From Negaprion brevirostris (lineage: Eukaryota): DNA of 64,000 bases. The notes below the pieces were generated by a model. That model made no database searches. It had not been told where the DNA came from and worked only from the letters and a program-made list of their open reading frames with translations. The DNA lies in contig JARDVH010000097.1 of assembly GCA_030324005.1 (NCBI GenBank), forward strand, positions 56,768,383-56,832,382, given 5' to 3'. The position numbers and the translations under genes were made by a program. This document shows positions 52,210 to 64,000 of this stretch, in pieces. Position 1 is the first letter of the stretch, and each line of letters begins with the position of its first letter.

Positions 52210-52370
52210 TTTTTTTACTTGTTCATGGGTGTGGGCATAACTGGCTATTGCCATCCCAAATTGCCCATGACAAGGCAGTGATGAGCCACCACCTTGAACC
52301 ACTACAATCCAAATACCATAGGTACACTCACAGCACTGTGATGGAGGGAGTTCCAGGATTTGTACAAATG
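52210..52370 (-). mobile_element. LINE 3' end fragment, same family as about 31340-31455
   Basis: Shared ccatccc..tgccc.tga.aa..tgag..ac..cttgaaccact motif. Confidence 0.6.
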
Positions 52371-52752
52371 TGCTGGGCTCTCCCATCATTGAGCATAGGG
52401 ATATTTGTGGAATCTCTTGCTCCAATTAGTTATTTAATTGTCCACCACTACTCATGATTGGAATTTGGAAATGCCAGAAGAATAATATTTGTGATTAACA
52501 TGAGGCCATTCAGAGGAAAAATCTTTCATTGTGTCAGTAAGCCAAGTCATGAACTACCCCATAAAGAAATGTAGCTGGAATTGTCCATGGGAGTTCTCTT
52601 GACCTTTCAATTTTTTCCACATTAGGACAGTGTATAAATAAGCAGAGGTTTTGGGAGGACATCTCTTCCAAATACAATTAGAATGGCTGCAAAATGTCAA
52701 AATTATGGTTATACCTATGTTAATACTAATATGTTATTTCTTCTGTTTACAG

Positions 52753-52872
52753 CCACACATGTGTAATAAGAGGTCAAGTAGTGACAGCAGATGGCACCCC
52801 TTTGGTTGGAGTTAATATCAGCTTTGTCAACAATCCACACTATGGTTACACCGTCAGCCGACAGGATGGCAG
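52753..52872 (+). CDS. TENM4: Teneurin coding exon, TTR-like region (not shown in frame in the ORF track)
   Basis: Acceptor gtttacag| and donor |gtatta; 120 nt, phase 2-2. Translates to [40 protein letters not shown]. Confidence 0.95.
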
Positions 52873-54324
52873 GTATTAAAACTTTACACAGACGCACCAT
52901 CCAAAGAGCAGCTTTATTAAAGAGAAGGCAGTTAAACTTGAAGATCATTCCAAGTCTTGTCTTCTGCAATCAAAGAATGAGGGAGTTGCCAGTCAGTGTC
53001 CAGTGCCACCTCGCTCAAGGTGTCTTAAGTCATAATTCTACGTTATTAAGTGTGATCCACACCTTTTTCAAAATGAAAGTCTTTTCATCTTGCCTCCAGT
53101 AGCCCCCAGGAGACTATTGTGGTCTAAACAAGTGATATTGTTTATTTTTCTCTAGCTTGCTATCATGGCCTACTTGAGTACTAAGAATTTTTTTCAGTAA
53201 TAAAAACATCAGTAAAACTTGCAGTTAAGTGATTTGATTTTTTAAAAATGCAAGAGCCACTCGAAGAGTTCTTACTCTACCTTTTTGATCTTTCTTCCCC
53301 TGCCCCACTGTTCCAATATATGTTGAACTGAAATGTACATTAAAATGTCAGCACTGAAATCTACTGCTGATTCAGCTGACTTCTTCCAATGGCTTCTTCC
53401 ACTCTGCTATCACCATTTTCACCAAAGCTCATTTGCACACATGAAAGTGGTTTCAGGTAAAGTTGTTGAAGTGAAAAGGAGAAATGCAAAGGCAATTCAG
53501 TGTAGCAGTATTTACATTGCAATTTGCAGACAAATCTGACCTGGAATTCAAGTATTAAAACTTTATACAGAATTCAACATGCCATATCATCAAACCCACA
53601 GAGGCAGCTATTAGCAATAACGCATATCGTAGAAGTAACTAAAACAAGAAATAATCTAGTGCATCTTGCCTCATGGCAAATACAACTGGCAAAAAAAACT
53701 AAAGAAAATTCCGATTGTGACTGAAACATACTACAAATAATTCAGACAACTTATTGTTCTCCTTACATCGGACTAATTCTAGCACCCAGCCTTTTGTACA
53801 CAACATAAATAGTAAGCGAGGCAATACTTTAAAGGACAAGTGTTTCACTATTTGCCACTGATTGTGTTCCATGATTTTGAGGGATGACTCTGGTATAAGC
53901 CAAGTCTGTTCTTCCAAGATTGCAGATTAATAAAAATGCCTAAACATCAATTTATTAAAGATGTCTACCTCCTGATCAACATGCTTGACCTATACCTGCT
54001 GCATCTGTTCCAGAGTACAGGCTGTCAAGAAGGTGACAGATGCTATTATGGGTAATTTTGTAACTTTGTAATCTTGGCAGGAGCCTTGCTTGTCAGCAGC
54101 ACAAATTGGTAATTTATGCATACACTTTGTATAGTTTACTGTCCATTTAAATTGACAGTTAGAAAATCATGCATAATGTTTACCCATATTTCTGATGTGC
54201 ACTGTTATTGAGATCCTTGCCTGCTGATAATACAAAGGCAGAAAATTACATCTGTCATGTTATTTTATACAAGGTTAGCCTTCTTTTGAAAACAAATTGT
54301 CTTGTTCTGTCCTCCAAATGCCAG

Positions 54325-54586
54325 CTTTGATTTGATGACGAACGGAGGAGTTTCGGTCACGATACACTTTGAGCGCTCCCCGTTCATCACTCAGGAGCAT
54401 ACACTATGGCTGCCATGGGACCGTTTCTTTGTCATGGACACTGTCATCATGAGACACGAAGAGAATGAGATCCCCAGCTGTGACCTGAGTAATTTTGCAC
54501 GTCCCAATCCAATTGTCTCTCCATCGCCATTGACGGCATTTGCGGGTTCATGCCAGGATAAAGGACCCATTGTTCCTGAAATACAG
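54325..54586 (+). CDS. TENM4: Teneurin coding exon
   Basis: Acceptor atgccag| and donor |gtacta; 262 nt, phase 2-0. Translates to [87 protein letters not shown], a diagnostic TENM4-like sequence. Confidence 0.96.
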
Positions 54587-54742
54587 GTACTACATTAAAA
54601 ACCATTTCCTCCTCACCTTTATTCATCTTTAATGCTTACAAGGAACACCGCGGTGAAAATGCTTGCGTGGCAGTTGCATTGAAGTTGGTATTAAGGTGAA
54701 CATACTCCTAATCAATGTACAAAATCCAGGAATAAACATTAT

Positions 54743-55720
54743 GGACCAATTGTCCCAAACAAATTCTAACTGCTGAATTTTCAGGAAAACTGGTGCAAAT
54801 CACAACTGCTTTTTCAGTGGGAATTCAGACTCGAACCTCCCACACTCTGCACACTGCAGAGGTCACTATAGTGAATCTTATTAAAAGCTCAGAGGATGGG
54901 GTCTATTCACAGCAGAGTTTGATAGTTCCAGGCCTCTGCGCATGCATAGTGGCCCCTGATCCGTCAGCCTCTCATTGGCTGGCGAGCTCAATCACTGACA
55001 AGCCTGGGACCCCCTCAGTGCTGCCCGAGAAACCCACCTCCTCATCCCCATACATGGCCTGATCGCAGCCCCCACGACCATTCCCAGGCCAGCCCCAACA
55101 CCCCCCCCATCCTGAGGCACTCCGATCTCTAGCACCCCCANNNNNNNNNNNNNNNNNNNNNNNNNNNNNNNNNNNNNNNNNNNNNACCCCCGTGGCACTG
55201 CCCAGTGCCTGGTGGGCTGTGCCAAGGTGGCCTCTGTGCATGGGCAGTCTGCCCCTTGGGCAGTGCCATGGGGCACAGGCTGGCACGGCCAGGGTGCCCA
55301 TGCCCAGGAAGCATCACCACCCTGCCGCCCGATTTCCGCCCCCCCCCCACCCCCATCCCCGGGGGCCCTGACTGCCCCCACCTTTCACTGAGCGGGTTTC
55401 CCACTAGTTCCCTGAACATGGGGAGTTACTCTAAACCCCGCTGAAGAGAGATACTCCAGACAGGGTGGGAGATGTTATTGGGCCTGGATAATTCAGTCCT
55501 GAGCCCGATAATGACGTTTAAATTACACAACAAACAGATTAAAATCACCTACCTGGTTTTCCCGCCAGTTTCCAGTGTCGTCTTGACTGCACCTGCTCTG
55601 GTGATGGGAGGCATGCATGTGTCAGGAACGCATGAGCAAATCCCATGAAATGACCAACACACGCATCTCCCAACCGGATGCGCCAAAAAATTAGCGCATT
55701 GCAATGGGAGAACCAGGCCC
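54743..55720. mobile_element. GC-rich non-autonomous DNA transposon-like element
   Basis: Termini ggaccaattgtccc and gggagaaccaggccc are imperfect inverted repeats; the interior has ggcactgccc/gggcagtgcc repeats. Confidence 0.6.
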
Positions 55721-56147
55721 TATAATTCAGTGCTCCTGCTGTGGATCATTGTATGGTCGATGCACATCAAAAATTCAATGGCCTGTTGCACATGATTTTT
55801 TTATATGCAATAGATTTTTAAAATAATTATTAAGTAGATGCATGACCATAGAAAAACCATAGAAAACTACTTCTTATGTTCTTAAAAAATATCATTGTCT
55901 TAAAAGAAGTTGACAAGGTTAAATTTAATGATTAAAATTAGAACGACTCAATGACACGTGGAATGTGCATTGCTCTTTCCTGCCTGGGACCAAGGTTTGA
56001 ATCCTGCTCAATGACATTATATATTCACTCTGTTAAACTACTGCCCCTAAGTTTCAGCATGGATCAACACAGCTTCCTCAATCTCTTCCGAGTGGTTCTG
56101 GGTCCACTGCACAAAACTTCCAAAATTTGCCAAGTAGCATTCTCACT

Positions 56148-56820
56148 CAGGGTGGGATTTTCCTGTCTCCTCACTCCTCTGTTGCTACAATGTCAGAGGG
56201 AGCCCAGCCCACGGCAGCAACCCCCAACAGTTTAACTCCGGAAGCCCCTATATCAAGAGAAAATCCCACATTAGAGAGCTGCTGGCCAATCAGATGTCCC
56301 AAAGTTCTGTTGTCTTTGTTGTGCCAACCAGGAACAGTGTACCACATCATAAGGCCCAGTTAAGTACAGGGTTGGGCATTTAAGTGAGACGGGGGGTATG
56401 ATTGTATTCAAGAGGCCAAGGCAAGGGTTAAGCGGTAGATGGAGGGGATGGCCTTGGACCAGAGGGCCTACAAGTGAGGTCCCCCCACCGGCTGCTCCCA
56501 CCACCTTTGTCCAACTCTAACCTGCACAGCTAAAACTGCAAGGCTTCCCGCATGGCATTGACCTGCCCCCCCACAATGGGTAATAGGCCAGTGAGATGGG
56601 ATGAGGTCCTAAATTGGCCACTATTTGGTCACTTCATTGGCCCAAATAGGCCTAAAGGTGAGCATAATGCCTGACACCGTCCAGCCACGCTCTCTCCTCC
56701 ACACCCACAAAGTTGGTTGTGAGCAGGCCAATATGTGACCGAAAGGCCAGCTGCTCGGTTTTATGTTCCTGCCTCCCCCAAATTCAAGCCCCACTAGAGC
56801 AGGAATATAAAATCCAGCCC
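56148..56820. mobile_element. Non-autonomous DNA transposon-like element
   Basis: Termini gggtgggatttt and aaaatccagccc. Confidence 0.55.
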
Positions 56821-57012
56821 ACAAAGACCATGATTACTCTTGAGAGGAAGAATGACCCAGACCCTCTTTTTACAAAGAAAAGTGTACTTGTGCTCTGAAA
56901 GGGGAAAATTAGAAACTTGTTACAATGGCTTGTGGCAGTTACTACCAGAAAGATTTAAGTGATTTTTCAACCGGTTGCTGCCTGTTCTGCTCTTGACCCA
57001 GCCAGTGCTAAA

Positions 57013-57288
57013 GCTTAAAGTTTAATTATTAGCAGCAAGTATGGCTTACATTAACACTGCAATGAAGTTACAGTGAAATTCCCCTAGTTGCCATACTCCG
57101 GCACCTGTTCAGCTCAATGCACCTAAACAGCACATCCTTCAGACTGTGGGAGGAAGCAGGAGCACATGGAGAAACTGAAGCATGCAGACATGGGGAGAAT
57201 GTGTAAACCCCACATAGTGACCCAAGCCATGGATTGAACTCAGATCCCTGGCACAGTGCTAACCACTGTGCCACTCAACCACCATGCT
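57013..57288 (-). mobile_element. V-type tRNA SINE, alternative tail
   Basis: Runs from ggcttacattaacactgcaatgaagttac to gtgctaaccactgtgccac. Confidence 0.88.
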
Positions 57289-57329
57289 CGGTACATAGAC
57301 TGGGCTATCTGAGGTTTACTTATTCTGTG

Positions 57330-57500
57330 GTTGCCTCAACCTTTAAAAAGTACTTGGATGAACACTTGGTACAACTTAATATTCAAGTCTATGGGCTAGG
57401 TGCTGGTAAGTGGGATTAGTTTGGATGTCAGGTGTTTCTTGTGTGTCAGTGCAGACTCAATGGGCTGAAGAGCCTCTTCTGCACTGTATGATTCTATGAG
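57330..57500 (+). mobile_element. CR1 LINE 3' terminal fragment
   Basis: Similar to 670-840; ends gcctcttctgcactgtatgattctatg. Confidence 0.8.
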
Positions 57501-57722
57501 ATGCTTGGCCACAAATAACTGTTCACAGAGGTGAAAACCTCACTCTGTAGAGAATGATAAGCAGAAAACTTGTTCCCCTCCTTCATGGCACAATAGGTAA
57601 GTGTTGGTGCTCCAAAGCTATGTCTTTAAGTTCCTCATGAACCTTGCAAGTATCGTGGCTGAATGCTAAGATTTCCTTTTTCATGTATTATTTGTCAGTC
57701 TTTCTACGTTTTTTGTTCACAG

Positions 57723-57990
57723 GCTTTACAAGAGGAGATAAATATTCCAGGTAGCAAGATGAAGCTGAATTATGTCAGCAGCCGCAATGCTGGCTACAAA
57801 TCAATCATGAGGATTAGTCTGACCCACCCTTCCATCCCTTTCAATCTAATGAAAGTACATCTCATGGTAGCCGTGGAAGGCCGACTCTTCCAAAAGTGGT
57901 TTCCTGCTACTCCTGACCTATCCTACTACTTCATCTGGGACAAAACGGATGTGTACAGCCAAAAGGTTTATGGACTATCGGAAGCATTTG
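57723..57990 (+). CDS. TENM4: Teneurin coding exon, Ig-like region
   Basis: Acceptor gttcacag| and donor |gtaagt; 268 nt, phase 0-1. Translates to [89 protein letters not shown]. Confidence 0.96.
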
Positions 57991-58339
57991 GTAAGTTTAG
58001 TCATGCTGCAGACATCTTTTTGAGTTTATTGTCAGAACTGGTGACGTAGGAAACAGTATCTGTCATTTGACCAGGTATGTGGTCACAGTAAATCAAATTT
58101 TAGTCACAGCTTTTATTATCTTGTTGAATTTCACTTCCCCCTTATTTCTTTACCATTCCCTCCCTTAGATTCAAACCCCATTCCAAAGTACACCCCTTGG
58201 AAAATTCCTGAGATTCACCTCTGAGCGGTTGGCAAATGTCATTCTCAGTGTTCAAGAAGGCAGAAAGAGTGGTACGGGTGAATTCAGTTTCCCCTTTCCT
58301 GAGGAATTTCATTGTGTCACTTGATGCAAGATGAACCAC

Positions 58340-58625
58340 AGTCAGCACTGCTGCCTCACAGCATCAGGGATCTAGGTTCAATTCTGGCCTCAGTCACTGT
58401 CCATGTGGAGTTCGCTTGTTCTTCCTGCATCTACCTGGGTCTCCTACGGGTNNNNNNNNNNNNNNCGGTTTCCTCCCACAGTCCAAAAATGTGCGAGTTA
58501 GGCGGATTGGCCATGCTGAACTGCCCCTTAATGTCTGGGTAAATACATGAGTGGGATTGTTGTTGGTGTAACCTCAATAGGCCAAATGGCATCCTACTGC
58601 ACTATAGAGATTCTATGATTCTATG
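58340..58625 (+). mobile_element. V-type tRNA SINE, CR1-like tail
   Basis: Shows agcactgctgcctcacagc, ggtttcctcccacagtccaaa and the tail attctatgattctatg. Confidence 0.88.
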
Positions 58626-58892
58626 AAGTCTGACCACTTAAGTGAAATGCAGGAACACACTTGGTGTTAAAGGTAACACCAAGGTGACTTCAACTATTTT
58701 CAGTGGCTCCTTCCTTGTTTCTAGTGCTCTGCATTGTACTTTCTTCTTTTCCCTAAGCGATTCTCCAGTGGGAAGTTGAGACTAATTCCCAAATGAGAAC
58801 AAGTCAAATAAGCTGTTCCAATTCCCTTTTGCAGCATATAAGCTGGAGCATTATTCTAGTTTTCCTTTTTAAAACATTGAAGCAAATGAAAC

Positions 58893-59090
58893 CCTGTGTC
58901 TGCGTGCTTTCCTCCAATGCTCCGGTTCCCTCCCACAATCCAAAAGATGTGCTGGTTAGGTGTATTGGCCATGCTAAATTCTCCCACAATGTACCCGAAC
59001 AGAGACCAGAGTGTGGCGACGAGAGGATTTTCATAGTAACTTTATTGCAGTGTCACTGGAGCCCTACTTGTGAAAACTTTAAAAACCTTT
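58893..59090 (+). mobile_element. 5'-truncated V-type SINE, alternative tail
   Basis: Shows ctccggttccctcccacaatccaaaagatgtgctggttagg, gtgtggcgac and gtaactttattgcagtgt. Confidence 0.8.
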
Positions 59091-60915
59091 GATGAAAGGT
59101 GGTCCATTTTACTTTGAAAGGCATGTTGTGTGTTTCAGGAAAGCATCAATCATAATTGAAGTATTCTCAGTAGAGTTTGAAAGTATGCACAAAAGCTAAC
59201 CAGAATGCAGGGTTGCTGATAGGCATAATTGAGTACTATTTTCTTGTCACATCAGTGAGGTGTTCCCTCTAAATAGACAACACAATCAACATCTCTTTGA
59301 AAGCAGAAGAGCAGATTCTGGAAGAAGTAGCTAGCTTACTTGATCGTGGTTTTATTAAAAATGTGTTTATCTCAAAGGTTTCCACGGTGATTATATTGAA
59401 ATGAAACCCGCTGATTGTAATTTCTCATTCATTGTCATTTTTTTGAATGTTGATTATTAAAATCAACTCTGTCACTTCTTTCAACGCTCATGTTGCCTCT
59501 GTAATTTTAATAATTACACCTTCAAGCAGCTGGTGAAATGACAACAAGCAACATCTTCAGCAGTCAATCAATTCATATTTGTCAAGAAGCAAAATCATCA
59601 AAATTAAATAGCAAAGTATTCATGTCCAAGCAGAAGTTAAGACTTTTAATTTGACAACAAGTTTATAAAGTGTGGTTAGTCCATGAGTCTGAAAATAAGT
59701 GACCAGTTATAGTATGGATGCAAATCACTGATAGAAATTGTTTCTTTCTGAGAAATCATTGAAGTTGCCAAGAATTCTGTCCCTAACATAGTTCCAAAAT
59801 CATAATTTTTAGTTCTGGCTTCAAAGATACTTTTTAACTGGAAATTCAATGCTTACATTTCTGTTTCATCATTCAACAATAAATTCCTTTTCTATAGAAA
59901 AGATTGACAGTTGAAAAGCTGACGTTGTTTATAGAATTCCCTCTGTTTAATAACGTTATTCCAACAGTTACTTTATTTCAGCCTTGTTTGTGTTGGATCT
60001 CATCAGTTTGTCCCGTTATTTTTCCAGCTTATTCATTCCTGAATTCTAGACTTGGTATTAATAGTGAAGTTTTTCCCAGGGAAAGGGATTGAGAACCATT
60101 CCAAAATGAGATGCAAACTTGGCAAACTACAATGTAAAATGGGTGAAACGTTGCCTGTTTTAAATTTGAGTTTGATAAAGATAAAAAGGCCTTTAGGACT
60201 TCTGTGTTAATGCTCATTAATCCGAATAAAGTCCCCCTCACAGAAGAAAAAGCACAACGCATGAACCCCCTTTATATCAAGATTTTCATATTATGGAAGC
60301 AATGATAATGAATGCTCAGCAAAAGGGGACACAGAAATGAAATCTTGATGTATTATACTGAATTGTTGTGGACAGAGTGAAAAAGCTTTGAGTTCTAAAT
60401 ATATTTTTTTAAATAAAAGCATTAACTTGCTTGTTGTAATTAGTAATATTTAAACTGCCCATTTACTCCTCAAATACTGTCGTAGGGGGGTAAAATCTCC
60501 TTAGTGATATGAAGTGAGTGTCTTATCAATTATATTCATGCTAACAATGTACTTTACAAATTCAGTCTCTTTCGAAGGCAAATTTGTTCATCATTATGCA
60601 GACACATATGCCACTGGTGTCTTGAATACGACTGCTAAATCTTGCTTCAAGTGTGTCTATTAACAAGCATTTGTGAGAGGTGACCTTTTTCCTCATATCT
60701 GAACCAGATTCATACTTACATTTCTTCATTTTGGGAGACCTATCGGTATTAGTTATTAGTTCAATGTTGCATCTCACCCTGAGTTCAAAGTGCTTTGCTG
60801 ATGTATAATCAGGCTAATTTAAAAAGAAACTTGATTTTAAATGGATTGGCAGAGATAATTCTTTCCATGATATGCCGTATATCCTTTTGACCTATTTTCA
60901 ATTTTATCTTTGCAG

Positions 60916-61059
60916 TGTCTGTGGGTTATGAATATGAATCATGTCCTGATCTGATACTCTGGGAGAAGCGTACTGCTGTTCTGCAAGGCTATGAGTTAGA
61001 TGCATCTAACCTGGGTGGATGGACCTTAGACAAGCACCATGCCCTCAACATACGGAGTA
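60916..61059 (+). CDS. TENM4: Teneurin coding exon (not in the ORF track)
   Basis: Acceptor tttgcag| and donor |gtaagt; 144 nt, phase 1-1. Translates to [48 protein letters not shown]. Confidence 0.94.
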
Positions 61060-61997
61060 GTAAGTAAACAGGACAACAATCATTTCAGTAGCACCAGAAG
61101 GACTCACTTGATTGAAACTAAATATTTAAATAAAAAGGGAAAAAGCTGTAGATTCCATAAGTCTGAAATATAAAATGATAATGCCATCAATACACAACAG
61201 ATATACCAACATCGGAAAAGAGATACAATAGGTTTTGCCTGTAGAACAGGGGTCACATTAACTTAGTTTTTATGTCGCAATTTTAGGAACTTGACAGAAT
61301 TTATTCCACCAGGTGCCTTGTGCTTTTCGCGGAAGACCTTCAATATGAATGGCCCACCTTCCCTAATGGAGTTGATTCTCGAGCAAGAGGGAAGTAAATG
61401 GTTACAGTTGTGGACATAATGCACTATGCTACAGCAGTTGGTGCAACCATTTCCCCTTCCTCCTCATCCAAGGCAGAAGGCCTAGCAGAAATAATAACAC
61501 CATTGCAAGCCCACGAAAATTAAGTTTAAAGGAGCTTGATTCTGCTCAATGCAAAATCTAGGCATGGACTTCCAGTCTTTTTATCAAACACTGGGCCCGA
61601 TTTTACCATTGCGTTGTGCCTGTTTTCGGGCGTGAAAACGTGGTGAAGTTGGGTGTGAGGCGATTAATGCGATCCACGCTCTAGGGATTTTACATCCCTA
61701 CTAAAAGCCAAATGAACAAGCCAGGAAGAGACAACCAGGCACATATGAAAGACATTTGCCTGTCTCTTTCTTTCAAATGTTGCCTAGCCTTGTGACCATA
61801 TCTAGAATTTCCCATTTTAGTTTTTTCTTCCAGTCTTTGTATATTTCATTTTGTATTGACACCTGCATACGTATATCATCAGGAAGATCTTATTTGAACA
61901 TTGCTATGAGTTATAGCCATTCAAATAAAAAATAATCAATGGCAGTCATGCATATACGTTGATCAGAGTGCCATGTTATAATTCATCATTGTCACAT

Positions 61998-62242
61998 ATA
62001 GGCTTACATTAACACTGCAATGGAGTTACTGTGAAAATCCCTAGTCGTCACATTCCAGCACCTGTTTGAGTACACTAAGAATTTAGCATAACCAATGACC
62101 TAACCAGCACGTCTTTCAGACTGTGGGAGGAAACCGGATCACCCAGAGGAAACTCACACAGACACAGGGAGAAAGTGCAGACTCCACGCAAACAGTGACC
62201 CAAGCTGGGAATCGAACCTGGGACCCTGGCGCTGTGAGGCAG
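61998..62242 (-). mobile_element. V-type tRNA SINE, alternative tail; head runs into an N gap
   Basis: Runs from taggcttacattaacactgcaatg to ctggcgctgtgaggcag. Confidence 0.88.
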
Positions 62243-62799
62243 NNNNNNNNNNNNNNNNNNNNNNNNNNNNNNNNNNNNNNNNNNNNNNNNNNNNNNNNNN
62301 NNNNNNNNNNNNNNNNNNNNNNNNNNNNNNNNNNNNNNNNNNGCGAGACTCACCCCTCCCCCCCTGATTCTGGAGTGGCCCTACCAGTAAAATTCTGGCT
62401 GTATAGCAGGGAAACAGATCCATCTGCCCCACCGGTCCATGCTGATCATGGTGCCCTTCCAGCAAGTCCCAATCGCCCGCGTTTGGCCCATATCCCTCCC
62501 ATCCTTTCCCATCCATCTACTTATCCAAATACAGTCTATGGATAAAGGGCATTATCTGTTGTTGCTACACCTCTACTCAAAGACCCAACCCAGATCCGTC
62601 ACTGACCTGGGTGAGGTGTGTAGAATATGTTCCAGTGGCTAATCATGCAATGTCTTCAATGGAATAGAACATTCAGTCATTTCTACAGGAAGAATTGACT
62701 TGAATTAAGCGCCTCTGACTCTTGGATGGCATTCCCACTAACTCCAACAGCCCTGCCCCCATTTTACACTCTCATGAGTGTAAGTTCTAACACCAATTA

Positions 62800-63070
62800 T
62801 TTTATTAACATGAAGTCCCAAAGCACTTCACAGGCAATGCAATCACTTTGATGTGTTATCACTGCTGTTAACTTGGGAAACGTGGCAGTAAATGGGAACA
62901 CATCAAGATCCCACGGGCAGCATTGGAAAGGATGGCAAGCTGATCTGCTACAATCGCGTTGATAGGAGGGGCAGGTGTCAGTCAGACCAATAACCCTTTT
63001 CTTCAAATCGTGCCAAAAAATCTTTTATATCCACCCTGAGAGCGCAGATGAAGCAGAAGACTTCGTTTCT
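62800..63070 (-). mobile_element. Deu-domain SINE fragment
   Basis: gtcccaaagcacttcacaggcaatg..caagatcccac..aatcttttatatccac is the reverse complement of the core seen at 34570-34970. Confidence 0.65.
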
Positions 63071-63092
63071 CAGCATTTGAATATTGTTCGAC

Positions 63093-63285
63093 GAGAGACA
63101 GAGACGTGTTGCTGAAGTTTTTCATCTTGCACTTATCAGGACAAATGGATGAATGGCAAGCTCCCAACAATTTATGGATTCCAAAAGGAGGGAACAGTGA
63201 TGATTGGTTGGCAAGTCAATTGATTGGCCAAAGCAGTGCCACAGTCTCATTCTCTGCAAACAAAAGGGACATGCTCAAGCCTTTT
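63093..63285 (-). mobile_element. Penelope-like terminal fragment with a degenerate hammerhead-like core
   Basis: The minus strand reads tgtcCTGATAAGtgcaagaTGAAAaacttcagcaacacgtc. Confidence 0.5.
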
Positions 63286-63486
63286 TTGAATTACCTGGGA
63301 GATTGCGGACCACGTAGTTCCCTATTGGTCTCTACAAGGCAATTAAATCATGGCCGATCTGTAGCTTACCATTGCGATCACAGAGAAAATGCTGTCTGGG
63401 ACAACAGATTTAAGGGAATTGGCTACAAAAGCAGAAGTGACAGGAGAAAACAATTTTTCGACAACGATGATTGGGAACATAGATCG

Positions 63487-63806
63487 CATAGAGTCCTACA
63501 GTGCAAAAGAAGGCCATTCAGCCCATCGGGGCTGCACTGACCACAATCCCACCCTACCCTGTCTCCATAATCCCATGGAGTTACCCTAGCTACTCCCCCT
63601 GACAGTAAGTTTAATTTGGCACAGCCAATCCACCTACCCGCACAGTCTTTCACACCGTGGGAGGAAACTGGAGCACCTGGAGGAAGCCCATGCAGACACA
63701 GGGAGAACGTGCAAATCCACACAGACAGTGATCCGAGCCAGGAATCGAACCTGGGACCCTGGCGCTGTGAGGCAGCAGTGCTAACCACTGTGCCATCGTG
63801 CTGCCT
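63487..63806 (-). mobile_element. V-type tRNA SINE, full length, CR1-like tail
   Basis: Runs from catagagtcctacagtgca to gcagcagtgctaaccactgtgccatcgtgctgcc. Confidence 0.9.
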
Positions 63807-63934
63807 AGTTAACTTAAGTTATTCTTAATAAGGTTTGACGTAGCTTCAATGCATGTTGTATTCATACTGTAATTGTTTTTGTTGTCTCATACTTTATAAA
63901 ATCTAAATATTAACAATCATTTGTTTTGTTGCAG

Positions 63935-64000
63935 GTATTTTACACAAGGGAAATGGTGAAAATAATTTTATATCCCAGCAACCACCTATCATTGGAAGCA
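63935..64000 (+). CDS. TENM4: Teneurin coding exon, 5' part, truncated by the window end; leads into the NHL beta-propeller
   Basis: Acceptor gttgcag|, then [22 protein letters not shown] in frame with the previous exon. Confidence 0.93.

Noticed and set aside
1-64000. CRISPR array, prokaryotic operon or bacterial toxin-like system
   Set aside because: There are no regularly spaced repeats, and the window is a spliced vertebrate gene. The YD-repeat and toxin-like part of teneurin lies downstream of this window.

Overview
This is vertebrate genomic DNA, not prokaryotic. The repeat content points to a cartilaginous fish, probably a shark: HE1/V-type and Deu-type tRNA SINEs, CR1 LINEs and Harbinger-like MITEs. 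The whole window lies inside one + strand teneurin gene that best matches TENM4. Ten coding exons can be joined in frame with GT-AG sites: 2007-2207, 9703-9888, 17556-17582 (a 27-nt microexon absent from the ORF track), 25457-25603, 26882-27098, 52753-52872, 54325-54586, 57723-57990, 60916-61059 and 63935-window end. They encode the distal EGF repeats, the cysteine-rich region, the TTR/Ig-like region and the approach to the NHL propeller. The introns are full of decayed transposons, and most entries in the ORF track are spurious or transposon remnants. The most notable non-coding observations are: (1) a ~310-bp A-tailed element with two U2 snRNA-derived heads (46446-46758), whose 3' end recurs at 48045; (2) several local duplications of transposon-end/flank junctions, including a ~260-bp inverted copy sitting inside a MITE; (3) Penelope-like fragments with degenerate hammerhead-like cores; (4) a fossil two-ORF Harbinger transposon. 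Repeat boundaries and identities were judged by eye and are approximate.
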